From NCBI RefSeq assembly GCF_009914755.1, contig NC_060941.1: DNA of 64,000 nucleotides, one strand, 5' to 3'. The stretch's first letter is position 1; each line of letters opens with the position of its first letter. Shown here one piece after another: positions 34,385 through 52,663 of the stretch. Source of the stretch: the human T2T-CHM13v2.0 reference genome, Homo sapiens. The position numbers and the translations under genes are program-made. The notes beneath the pieces are model-generated. The model was not told the DNA's origin, searched no databases, and saw only the letters and a list, made by a program, of their open reading frames with translations.

Positions 34385-34879
34385 CAATTACTGATAGGAA
34401 TTCACATTCTGGAAAACAAGCCACCAAACCAACCCGGGTTCAAGGTTTCGGGTTTATGATGACAAGCCTCTTTGTTTTGTAAAACTGCTATACTCACTAG
34501 CATCACCCCAAAAACCATACGGGAGTCAGATGTCTGCTTAACAGCTTCAGGTCAAGAAAAACCCTTCGGGTTTCCAAATTGGTGACTCCCCTCTACCCAG
34601 GGTTCTGGATTATTTTTTTCAAGGAGTCCATATGCACTTAGGAGTCATCAATCCCGGTCGCAGCTGTCAGAATCCTCCCCCCCAAGTACTATTCATACCG
34701 GGGCTCTGATTGCTAATGATTTTACTCACAAAGTTCCCTGCAGCAATTAAAAGGAGGCAGCAGGGTAAAACAAAAAGAGGCTGGGTGGCTTCACCATAAT
34801 GCAGCCTGTAAGCTAGTGAACTTCTTGGGTTCGGCTGGGATTTTCACCTCTATCTTTGTTTTGGAATGCCCACAACCCC

Positions 34880-36010
34880 TCCCTGCACGGACCCGGCACG
34901 GCCTTCATTTCTGGATGCACAATGCAGTACCGAGCTCCTTGGGGGTCAGCAAAACGCCGCACTGGTGTAACGCCGAACGCGCCCCAGAACCTGAGTCCCC
35001 ACGGGAGTCGGTCCACGTCTCTAAATCTCGAGGCCGACACCACAGCATAACATGTCTTAGAAGTCCCCTCAAGTCGGGAAGCCCAGGGCCCGCCCGGTCC
35101 CGGGCCAGCAGTGCCTGGCTGGCGTGTGCGCCCAGAGCTGCTGCAATGACTTTGCATGGAGTGTACCCTCCACTGGGGCTGTCCTCCCGCGTCGGCCACT
35201 GCAGTGGCACCGCTCCGGGCAGGGCCCTGCACGCCGTCCTTCCCTGGCCTCGGCCCGGCCGCCGACCCCCTGCCGCCCGCGCCGCCCAGCCCCCGCCCGC
35301 CGCACCTTGGTCTCCTTCACATGCTGCTTGACGCCCTCCGGGTACCACTGGACGCGCACGTAGCCGCGGCGCAGGGGGCTGGCCCGGCCCTCCTCGTGGC
35401 CCGCGCCCCCGGCCTCGGAGCACCCCGAGCTCCCGCGGCCCTCCTCCTCGCCCTCCGAGTCCGAGTCCTCGCCGTGGATGAGGCGCACCAGCCCGAAGTG
35501 CACGGAGCCACGGTAACGGCCCGACACCAGGTCGTGAGAAAACAGCAGGCGCTGCGAGCCGGCTTCTGGGCCGGAGTCCGAGGACGGCCCGGAGGCCGAG
35601 TCCGAGGCGGGCGCCGGCGCCGGGACGGGGGCTGCGGCTGGGGCCGGGACTGCCTCCGGGGCTGGAGCCGGGGCCTGGGCTGGAGCGGGAGCTGCGGGCG
35701 TGGGGGCTGCGGGATCCGCCATAACTGCTCTGCGCGAGTCTCGGGCGGCGGCGGCGACAGCGGCGGCGAACGAGGCGCGGGGAGGCGGGACCAGCGGGCG
35801 CCGGGGGCGGGGCCATAGCGCGCTGACGTGTCCCTGCGTGGCGCCGTCGTCAGGGAGCCGGGATGCAGTTGCTAGGAGCCACCGCCTCGTCGCTAGGGGA
35901 CGCTGAAGATGCCGCGGGGGGCGGGGGCAGGATGGAATCCACTAAGAAGGGGCGAGACCAGTGAGGATTCAACTAAAGGGAGCGAGAAGGGGCGGGGACC
36001 CGGGAGGAGG
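34880..36010. promoter_or_regulatory. CpG island / UBE2O promoter, probably bidirectional
   Basis: Very high GC and CpG density. GC box GGGGCGGGG ~35804, CRE/ATF-like TGACGTGT 35824-35831, X-box-like GTTGCTAGG 35868 and GTCGCTAGGGGAC 35889-35901, ETS AGGAAGT ~36008. Confidence 0.88.
35306..35722 (-). CDS. UBE2O: UBE2O (E2/E3 hybrid ubiquitin-conjugating enzyme) coding exon 1, 139 codons; the rest of the gene lies left of the window
   Basis: Translation MADPAAPTPAAPAPAQAP...LLFSHDLVSGRYRGSVHFGLVRLIHGEDSD...YVRVQWYPEGVKQHVKETK is the UBE2O N-terminus. ATG at 35722, phase-0 donor AAG|GTGCGG after 35306, inside a CpG island. Confidence 0.96.
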
Positions 36011-36454
36011 AAGTGGAGTGGCCACCGAGGAAGAGGGGAGTGGTCGGGGTGGGGCACAGGATGGTGGAGAGACTGTCAACAACTTTTAATGAGCTCCCTT
36101 GGCGTCCTAGCCTAGCCCCCAGGCACTGGGAGCATTGCAGAAAGAGAAAGATACTGTCCCTGTCCTCTAGGTGTTTCCAGTCTAGTTGGGGAGACAAAAC
36201 AAATACACATTAAATAGATAACAAACAACTCCAACTTGTAAGGCTATAATAGATACGTGTAGAGCATATGTATAATGCACTGTATTCAGGAATTCCAAGC
36301 AGTTCGAACGTCATGACCCCTCAGAAGTTGACCCAGAAGCTGGTGAAGGAGGCCCAGAGAAAGGTAACAAAAGGATCAGTGGTCCCAGTGGTTTGGCTAC
36401 AAATCCATGCAGATAAATTCAAAGCTCCCTGAAGCCAAGAATGAATGGCAAGAG

Positions 36455-36680
36455 GTAGTATAGTAAGGTAGCTAAGAGTGGGGACCACGGATTCCAATTT
36501 TTGGCACTGCCACTTACTAATCTATAAAAATAGGCACACTGATTAACTTATTTTCACCTTAATTTGCTCATCTGTGAAATAGGGATGATAATAGCAATAC
36601 TCATCTCATTGGGCAATTGGAGGATTAAGTGAAGTAGAACAGTGCCTGGCATTTAGCTCCTTCGATAAGCTTAACCATTG
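36455..36680 (+). mobile_element. MIR SINE
   Basis: CTGCCACTTACTA...CTCATCTGTGAAATAGGGATGATAATAG...AGAACAGTGCCTGGCA. Confidence 0.7.
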
Positions 36681-36775
36681 TTGTACTATTTCCAAACTCC
36701 CTGCCTAGACTAAATTCCAGACTGGCAGAACTGTTATGGTCTGCTCCATATTGTCATTTTAAAATATAAAAAGTA

Positions 36776-38043
<1,268 letters not shown>

Positions 38044-38315
38044 CTAACTCTAATTTAATGTGTCACCTAAGTTTCAAAGGGTTTAGATACATTCTCAGAG
38101 GACAGATTTAAATGGATTGTTAAGGAAAACAAGATCTGGCCCTAACCTTTCTCAGTCAACATCATTTTTTCCACATTTTTCTACACGATCATCAACGAAA
38201 GACTAGTAAGTTGGATTGATATTACAGTATTTAGGTTCTTCAAAGAAGGCAGAATCCCAGCTCTTTGTGTTGTTTACAGGATCCTGAAGATACAGAACTA
38301 TGTTCATAGAAAAGT

Positions 38316-38958
<643 letters not shown>

Positions 38959-39632
38959 CTAAGTACTTAAGATGTCTTAGGCCAAGTACTAATAGAGTAT
39001 TGATGTAATATTGGGATCAGGGTGGTTGTCAATGGACCCAAATCTTAGAAAATTTATCTACTAAGATATAGAACAAATGGGCTGAATCAGCTGAAGGGGG
39101 AGTTAGGATATGATTTTGGGGCAAGGCTGGGTTCTCAAACCATGGCCTTCCCATCCCAGAACACAATGCCAAATGACCATCTGGAATCACTGCTGTAAGG
39201 ACGCAGGTCCCTACTCCCTCTCCTGTAGAGACCTGGGAGATTAAACAGCAGTAACATAGTAGCTTCTGTTCTGCCTCCCATGACCCTTTCAGCCCTGTTT
39301 TCTTGCCCCCTGATAACATAGCATTTATTAAGCACATATTATTGACCAGGCATTGTACCAGGTACTTCCAAGCACATTATCTTGTCTGTTATCACAATCT
39401 TGGATATAGAGAGTTTTTAACCTCATTTTACCAGTGAAGAAATAGGGCCCAAGGAATTTGGCGCCTAAGGTAACAGGTAGTAACCTGAGGAGTTTCCCCA
39501 CTCTAAGGGCAGGGGCTTTTGTAGTTATGCTATTTCTTTAGGCTTCCCTCAGAAGAACTCCTGATTGCACAGGGGAGTCCATGTGTCTATGTGTCCCACG
39601 GCGGGATAAGGCAGTGCAGACCTCAAATCTGC

Positions 39633-39923
39633 TTTTTGTTTCATGGCAGGGTCTCACTCTGTCGCCCATGCTGGAGTGCAGTAGCGTGATCTTGACTCAC
39701 TGCAACCTCCGTCTCCCAGGTTCCAGCGATTCTCCTGCCTCAGCCTCCTGAGTAGCTGGGATTACAGGCGCCCACCACCACGGCTGGCTAATTTTTGTAT
39801 TTTTAGTAGAGACGGGGTTTACCATGTTGGCCAGGCTGGTCTCGAACTCCTGACCTCAAATGATCCACCCGCCTTGCCCTCCCAAAGTGTTGGGATTACA
39901 GGCATAAGCCACCGCACCCGGCC
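39633..39923 (-). mobile_element. Alu (AluS)
   Basis: TSD CCTCAAATCTGCTTTT. Confidence 0.9.
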
Positions 39924-40339
39924 TCAAATCTGCTTTTGTTGTCAAAAAATCAAGTGAGTTTTGCATTGTACTCCAGAGTATGCCTATGTTTGTTGTTTTA
40001 ATGTAAAAACTAATGCCCTTTCCTCCCTAATCATTGAGTAATATCGGCACTCCTGGAAGACGTGTTGTGTTTATTCTGCGGCTTCTTGTAATAATGGCTA
40101 ATAATAGCTATCACTTATTGAGCTGTAACTTCATGCCAGATACTCTACTAAGTGCTTTACATAGATTATCAGGATACTGCCAGGTTGGAGGTAAGACTCC
40201 TTGATTTTACATGCTGATCTCTCCCTCACTAGACTAAACCCTTAAGCATGTGGACCATGTTGTATTTGTGTGTGTAACCCTGGTGCCTAGGACAGTACCT
40301 GGCATAGGGATGGAGCTCAATAATGTGTCGTATTAGGCT

Positions 40340-40694
<355 letters not shown>

Positions 40695-42189
40695 CTATCC
40701 TTTTTCCAACACCCAAAAGTTGAAGAAGCTGGGACAGAGCTGCCCTCTTTGGCTGCTCCAAATCCTTTCAAGTGCCCCCAGTTTCAACTGCATCTGAGCT
40801 GCTTTAGAGAATGAGACTCAGTAAATTCCTACCCATCCGATGGTGTCTTTTATGGACCTCACTCAGACCCAAGATGCTCTGGATAAGGTTTGAGGCTTGA
40901 CTCCTTCCCAGACCCTGAGCCCCCAGCCACGGTCTCCATACACTCAGGCTGGCTAGCAGGGTAAGTGTGGATGGAAGCCGCTGCTTAGTTTTTATTTTTG
41001 TCATTGTTGAGGTGTAGGAAGGAGGAAAAAAACTTGATTCCCTAATGAAGAAACCCTCTCTTATCATGGCCCCATCTCCCAGCCTTTCGTGGGGAATAGA
41101 GCTATTTCTTGGGAGGATTTCACTTATTTATAAATGTGCTTCCAGAAACTGAGCTGGTCTGGCCTCTTCCCTTGCTAAGTGGGGTGGGTGGTGTGCAGGA
41201 GGCGGCAGAGCCAGCAGCAGAGTGAACTGGTCTCAGGGAAGCAGGCCCTGTCTCGTCCCTATCTTAACCAGCCACTGGAGCACCTCTCTGGACCCACAAA
41301 GTATGCTCAGGCCCAACACTGCCCTCTGCGGGAGCCTGCTTGGCCTCTCCATTGCTGTGCAAGCGATTTCAGCCTGGCCCAAAGAGCTCCTTCCACCCTG
41401 GAGCAGGTGTTTGGGAAGGCTAGGGTGCCTTAGGCACTGGGGACTTCAGCTGGGGGGTGGGGTGGGAGGTGAGCTGCCTTGGGAAACCCCCCACACCCTC
41501 ATGTGGCTGGCTGAAGAAATGCCTCCGAGGCTCCAGCTGAATGCCGCTCAAGGCTTTTGGAGTTAAAACGGCCCTTCTCATTCCTGGAGCCTCACCTGCT
41601 CCTTGCACAGGTGCCCTGGGAAAACTGTGGGACTTGCCCAAGGTCACTCTGCAGTACAGTCAGGATCAGGACCCAGCCCAGCTGGCCCTTGGCCATTCTG
41701 ACTCCTGCTGTGAGGGTGGGTTGCAATCCACTGGGCAAAACACTTTATGCTGGGGCAACAGTGAAAAGTTTAAGCAATAGTGACAGCATAGGATCACCAG
41801 GTTCGTCCTGTTTCCCTCCTTCCTGAAGATACAGGGTGAGGCACAGTGAATCTGCTGGACCAGCTTCAAGAACAATATGTCAGCCTATCCACTGCCACCT
41901 CCCACAGCTCCAGACTCGTGGGTGCTTCCTGGATGTGACCAGCCATAGGTACAAAGTAGACTCATCATCTTTTCCTCAAATAGTTTCTTCTCCCAGAGTT
42001 CTCATCCTGATGGATGGCAGTATCACTTACCTGGGTACTGAGCTGGCCACCTGAGGGTCAGCCCTCACTCTTAAGCTCCACATGCAATCAAAGCCTGGGT
42101 CTTGACCCCTCACTGCCTTTTCACACCCTTCCTGTCCAGAGCTGCCCCACCAGGGGGGCAGATCCATGGAGATGTGGGGAGGTGGGAGG

Positions 42190-42430
42190 TACAGTGGCTG
42201 AGAGTGAGCTTCCGGAGTCACAGGGACCTGGGTTTGAAGCTTGTGCTGCTGCTGGTCACTATGTGACCTTGGGCAAGTTATTTTACTCTCTAAGCCTCAG
42301 TTTCCTTTCTGTAAGGTGGGAATAATAATAATACCTACTTCATAGGACTGTGGAGACTGTAACTGACCAACTGAATATAACGTGCTTTGCCCAGTGAGTG
42401 CATGATGGCAGGCCTGATAACATTAGCTTT
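42190..42430 (+). mobile_element. MIR SINE
   Basis: TGTGACCTTGGGCAAGTTA...CCTCAGTTTCCT...CTGTAA core. Confidence 0.78.
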
Positions 42431-42712
42431 TGTTAGGAATTCATTTCCATCTCTTGCCTAGACCTCGGCTGTAGGCCCCTCACCAGGCCCCAGGCCGTCT
42501 GATCTGTCTGCTGCCTTGTTCCCAGGGTGACTGAAAATGCAAGCACGGTCATTGGACTCTTGGCTTTATATCTTTCTGTGGCTCCCCAGGGTCCACCCAA
42601 GAAGGTGCATGTGGCCTTTCATAAACTGATCTGATCCTTCCAACCCCCCTTCCCCCTCTGCATCCAGCATGGAGTGCTCTGTGCTCCAGCCTCAGTCACC
42701 TACTTCAGGAAA

Positions 42713-43165
42713 TTTTTTTTTTTTTTTTTTTGAGACAGAGTCTCTCTCTGTTGCTCAGGCTGGAGTGTCCTGGCAGGACCTCGACTCACTGCAACCTCCG
42801 CATCCCGGGTTCAAGACATTCTTGTGCCTCAGCCTTCTGAGTAGCTGGGATTACAAATGCCCCACCACCACACCTGGGTAATTTTTTTGTATTTTTAGTA
42901 GAGATGGGCTTTTGCCATGTTGGCCAGGCTGGTCTCAAACTCCTGACCTCAGGTGATCCACCTGCCTCGGCCTCCCAAAGTGCTGGGATTACAGGCATGA
43001 GCCACCAAGCTTGGCCTGTTTTTTATTTTTTTATTAAAAAAAATAATAGAGAGAAGGTCTCACTATATTGGCCGGACTGGTCTTGAACTCCTTGGGCTCA
43101 AGCGATCCTCCTGCCTTGGCCTCCCAAAGTGCCAGGATTATAGGCATGAGCCACCGTGCCCAGCC
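42713..43165 (-). mobile_element. Reverse Alu (42713-43016) and Alu monomer (43020-43165)
   Basis: Alu consensus. Confidence 0.88.
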
Positions 43166-43408
43166 TCTTTTGGCTTTTTAAAATGTGGCTACTAGAACAT
43201 TTAAAATCACATGTGGGGCTCACACAATCTTACTATTGGGCAGTTTGGCTCCATTACTTGGGGAGCCGTAGGTCCCTTCTTTGTCCAGGAGGTGGCAATC
43301 CCTCCCTGCCTTGGATGCTTCCATTCCAGAATGGTCTGGAAGGTTCCTGAGGTAAGTGCCTATCTAATACGGCGATATTGAGCCCCAAATAAGGCAGGGT
43401 CCCACTCA

Positions 43409-44195
<787 letters not shown>

Positions 44196-45397
44196 GGAAG
44201 GAAGGAAGGAAGAAATCAATCAATCAATCAATCAGTCAGTGGTGGGTGCAACATCTCAGGTGTCTGAGAGGTACAGGGATGGAGTAAGTGTAAGGACTGG
44301 GGGGCTGGATGGCTGTTGGGGCAGTCAGTGCAGAGGAGAAAGGCAGTCAGAGGCTGGGGGTGAAGAATCACTGCTTGAAGGCAAAGTGGAAAAGCCAGAG
44401 GGCCTCCTTGGCAGCATGTAAAGAAACTCGCCTCCTGAAGTTAAGGAACAGAGAGAAGTCAGCATGGCAGAGCCTGAGAGCAGGTTGAATTCCCAACCTT
44501 AATGAGTCAGCGATACAGAGGAGGCCCCTGGGGAGAAGCGGGAGACATCCAGGGACAGAGGTTAGTGCCCCTCCTTCCTTGGGGACAATGCCTCTTCCTT
44601 AGGAGACATGTACTACCCCCTTCCCAACCCTGAGTATATACTGCACCTCCTCTTCTTGCACTGGGCCAGTAACTAGGGCTAAATCGCAACCTCACCTACT
44701 GGTGAAGTGCTGGGTCGGCTAAGGGAGGAAGGAGGCTCTGTCCTGAAGGAGCTGCAGGTCCCAGCCAGAGCCAGGAGAGTGGGGACTGGAATCAGAGGAT
44801 GCTGGCTGGGCCAAGGGGATCAGAGCATAAAGTTGGATAAGGAACGTGTGTTGGTATGGGAGCTCTTTTCCCTGTTACAGAATTTATCACCCTGGCAAGG
44901 ACCCTGGTACTTGGAAGCTTGGAGAAAGTGATTCAGGGCTCTTACCCGCAGTGGGCAGGACTGCTGACGGCTCCCAGCTGGATTTTCCTGCAACTGCCCT
45001 CAATGAAGCAAGCTGTTCCACCCAAGGTTGATGCAGGACAAAGAGGTGGGTCCAGAAGGGCTTCCCAAGTCTGAAGCTCCTCGGGGGATGCGCCAAGGCC
45101 TCGGTTACAGCTGCACCATCACGGCTCAGCTTCCACTGTCCAGCCCTCTGCCCTGCTCCATGGTAGGGGTCGCTCATGAGACCTCTCCCCAATAAACTTG
45201 CCGCACACAGTTCTCCATCTCTCATCCCCCGGGGAGCCTGCCACGTGGTAGTACTCAGGCTGGAAAGGTAAAGACGATAACGCGAGATGTGCTCAGTGCC
45301 AGGTCTGTGGGGCAGACCTTTAGTGCAGGGGAGGAGTTGAGAGAGAAAGTGACCATCGAAACCACCAAAAAAATGCAGCCATTGCACAAGAGCCTGA

Positions 45398-46180
<783 letters not shown>

Positions 46181-46632
46181 TTTTCTGGAAGGATTCTTAA
46201 AGGTCATCGGAGCCTCCCTGTTGGCAGAATCTGAGATCTGTTCTCCATTCTTTGTGGCATTTCAGGCTCTATCTGCCCCATTTCTTGGACATTCTCCCCT
46301 GGGTTCTTCCCTTCTTGTGGCTTCACCTGTGTTCCTGTTAATAACTCCTTTCCCTGCTAACAGTGGACATCCCAAAAGCTTGGTTCTCAGCTTTCGTGTG
46401 GTGATACACATCCTCTCAGAACCTTTTTTACTGTCATGATATCAGTTATCCGCTCAATAACTGTCGTCATCATCCTCACCACATCTGATTAGGAGTGGGA
46501 TGGGGGCTCTGATGGGTCAGAGGTGAGGCTCTACCAGGGCAGGTGGGGAGTTAGGTAGCATGGTCCCTGGCAGTTCTCTGTGTGCCCTGGACAACCCCTC
46601 TCCAAACTGCTATAGAATATTCTGGAGTCCTG

Positions 46633-48590
<1,958 letters not shown>

Positions 48591-48748
48591 TACTGCCTCA
48601 TCTTGTTCCCTGAGGTTCTAGACCTCTAGGGTGTTGTCCGGAAAGAACAGGGCCATGTGGAAGTCAGCAAAGAGAGAGGCCGATTGAACAGCAGGCTCTT
48701 CTCAGGCATCGCCAAGTGACTGATTAGGATTGGCCACCAGGGGGTGCC

Positions 48749-48808
48749 ATGGAGCCACAGTCTATGAAGGGACAGAAGAGGCCTTTTGGGGGACCCTGGA
48801 GGTTGAAG
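48749..48808 (+). CDS. AANAT: Alternative upstream AANAT coding segment (MEPQSMKGQKRPFGGPWRLK) giving a 252-aa N-extended isoform
   Basis: Strong Kozak GCCATGG, in-frame upstream TAG, 20 codons, phase-0 donor AAG|GTGGGG. Joins the 51248 acceptor in frame with no stop before 51323. Agrees with my recollection of an annotated long isoform. Confidence 0.75.
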
Positions 48809-49030
48809 GTGGGGATGCCCAGCTGAGGTCTTGGACATGACCACCCCACCAACCAAGCCCAAGGAGGTCTCTGGTCGGTCCTGAGAGGTCTGTTGAGGGT
48901 CCCTTCTAGCAGGCAGGTGGGCCTCAGAGTGCAGAGGGGCCCTGGGAGAAGGGGACCCAGAGACAGGAGGAATGCATGTGGTGGGTGGGCGGGGGCATCG
49001 GGACGGGGTCACTCCACGGTCAGGGGCTGT

Positions 49031-49487
49031 GTCCCAAACCGTATGGGTAGGAACAGGAGCTTCCTCTGCGGGGGGGTCGAAAGAGTGCACCTGTGAGGAC
49101 ACTGAAAACCAGCAGGAGAATCATGAAGACAGGAAACAGGAGTCTCATTGTGAGATGAGTGGGTCCCACCAGTGCAGCCGTGGCAGTGCATGTCAGGAGG
49201 CTGACCCGGCTTTGCCCCTCCCCCTTCACTTGTTGGATGGCTCTGAGCAGGTTACTGAACCTGTCTGTGCCTCGGTTTCCTTCTCTATAACGTGGTTAAT
49301 ACTCATTTGGCCGGGCTTCCGTGTGGATTAAAGGAGACGCGTATCCAGGGCCCGGCACATAGCAAGTGCTGTAAGCAGTGGCACTCACAGGCTGCCAGGA
49401 CAGGAAGGACCCTCAGAGGTCCGTCCCAAGCTGTGTGGGTAGGAGCAGAAGCTTCCTCTGCAGGGGGTCAAAAGAGTGCACCTGTGA
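49031..49487 (+). repeat. ~65-bp diverged direct repeat (49031-49096 and 49423-49487)
   Basis: GTCCCAA...TGGGTAGGA.CAG.AGCTTCCTCTGC.GGGGGTC.AAAGAGTGCACCTGTGA in both copies. Confidence 0.9.
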
Positions 49488-49768
49488 AATCCAACCTCCA
49501 GGACCCCCAGGAGCCCGAGATGGACACAGGATCTGCACTGCTGGGTGGGGCGGAGAGGCAGGTGCTGGCGAGAGAAGAGCTAAGGGGTGCAGGATGGGGT
49601 GTTAGCTGGAGGGCAGGGGGTAGTCAGAGCCAACAGGGAGAGGGGCCTGCATCCCGAGGGAATGCCAGCACCAAGTGCCAAGGCCTGGGCAGCCCTGGGA
49701 ATGGGTGGAGCCAAGGTCAATAGCAGAGAGCTTTGTAGTTGAGATGTTTGGTAGGGCAACCTCCTGAA

Positions 49769-49803
49769 TATTTAAATATTTAATTAAATTAAATATTTAA
49801 ATA
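49769..49803. repeat. 35-bp pure-AT inverted repeat (17-bp arms, 1-nt spacer)
   Basis: TATTTAAATATTTAATT-A-AATTAAATATTTAAATA; the arms are exact reverse complements. Confidence 0.93.
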
Positions 49804-49939
49804 AACTTGAAGTAGAACGTACTTAAAGTGCACAAATTGGTAGCTTGAATTCCCACCCCCTCCCCCCACATAAGAGGTGGGGTTGTCCAAGACTCCGAGG
49901 GACAGAGGGAGAATCGCTGGTGCCCAGCCAGTCGGTGAC

Positions 49940-50150
49940 AGAGCAGGGATTAGAGATGGACCCCTGAGGCTTAGCCCCACGCTCTCTTCCCCAAACCCTG
50001 GGGCCTCAGTCAGCCTCTGGTAATCCCTTCTGTGCCCAGGGCACCAGAGCTGACGTTTCCCTTCAGCAAGGCAGGGGCCGAGGCTGCCAGAGCCCTGCTG
50101 GCGTCATCCTGCCTGGGATAGCTCGAGAGGTGGGGTGGGGGGATTACAAA
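49940..50150 (+). promoter_or_regulatory. AANAT proximal (pineal/retinal) promoter
   Basis: CRE-like TGGCGTCA (=TGACGCCA reverse) 50099-50106 and TGACGT 50051-50056; three K50-homeodomain CRX/OTX2 sites GGATTA/TAATCC at 49947, 50021 and 50141. Confidence 0.7.
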
Positions 50151-50303
50151 CCTCTAACAGCACCACAGGCTGCCCGGGGAACATCTGCTACTACAGCCTT
50201 GCAGCCCGGAGTCCCGGATTTTACTGGTTCCCGTGCCTGCGGACAGGCCCCCAGGGCTAGCGGCTTTGTGGAGGGAACACTGGGTATCCTCTCCACAGTC
50301 CAG
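50145..50303 (+). other. AANAT: AANAT non-coding first exon (5' end approximate)
   Basis: Strong donor CAG|GTAGGT at 50303/4, ~950 bp upstream of the 51248 acceptor and just downstream of CRE and CRX/OTX motifs. Confidence 0.7.
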
Positions 50304-51133
50304 GTAGGTGGGACCCCCACTCCTGGCTCTCAGCCTTTAGGAACAGGAGCTTCTCTACTTGGAGCTTCTAGACATGGAGGGAAACATGGAAGCCATGGAG
50401 TTTATTAAGTGTCTTGGAAGGTGGAGGGAGGGATGGCCTCCTCTAAGAACTGCAAATCTGCAGGGTGTCTTGGGAGACAAGAGTGCCCAGAGGGGAATGT
50501 CTGATGAGCTGGATGTGTGGGGCAGGGGGTGTCCTATGCACTCTCCTTGCCTGCTCCTCCCCATTCCCCAGGCCCTCTGCAGCCCCCGGCTCCCTCTAAC
50601 CTCCCCACCCCCCACCACAAATCCTGCATGTGTGTGGCCCAGTCTGAGGCCATCTGGATAGAAGTAGAGGCTCCCTAAGGGCCCACTTTGATTAAGGGGC
50701 TCTCTAGGACCAAGGGCTGAGGCTACCTAAAAAGCTCTCTGCCACAGGATCTTGCACCCAAAGGACCAGAAGCCTCCCTCTGGGGAGGTAAGATAAACCA
50801 CATGAATGGTGGTGTGGGGGAACCGGGCGCCCACCCACTGCACAGTTGCATTAGACGTGGTCAGTGGAGGGTCACGAGTCCTGCCTCCCCTCCCACCGTG
50901 GGCAGCAGGGTTGGGGTGCCCCAGGCTCCACTGAGCCCTGCTCATCCCTGCCACCATCTCTGGGGCTCAGAAGCACCCAGACGGCACCCTGAGACCAATG
51001 TCTGCAGGTCTGCAAGGTGGCAAACCTCCAGGGATCCTTCTGGCTGAGAGGGAAAGGTGGGGAGACAGTGCCAATGTTTGCAATGCCTGGTAACAGCCTC
51101 GGGGACCAGGTACCTGGGGAATGTGCCCATTGA

Positions 51134-52546
<1,413 letters not shown>

Positions 52547-52657
52547 ACTGGGCTGCCCACCTGGCTGCCAACATGATCTCCGTCTCTGCCCTGGGCTCCT
52601 CTTAGCTCAGCTGAGCATGGAGACAGCAGTTTCCAGAGAGTGGAGAGAGCAGGGCTA

Positions 52658-52663
52658 AATAAA
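52658..52663 (+). terminator. AANAT polyadenylation signal
   Basis: AATAAA ~110 nt after the stop codon, with a GT-rich tract downstream. Confidence 0.85.

Noticed and set aside
36295-36325. GTTCGAAC B-box-like motif as a tRNA or Pol III gene
   Set aside because: No A-box, cloverleaf or terminator. I recognised no snRNA, snoRNA, tRNA or rRNA sequence anywhere in the window.
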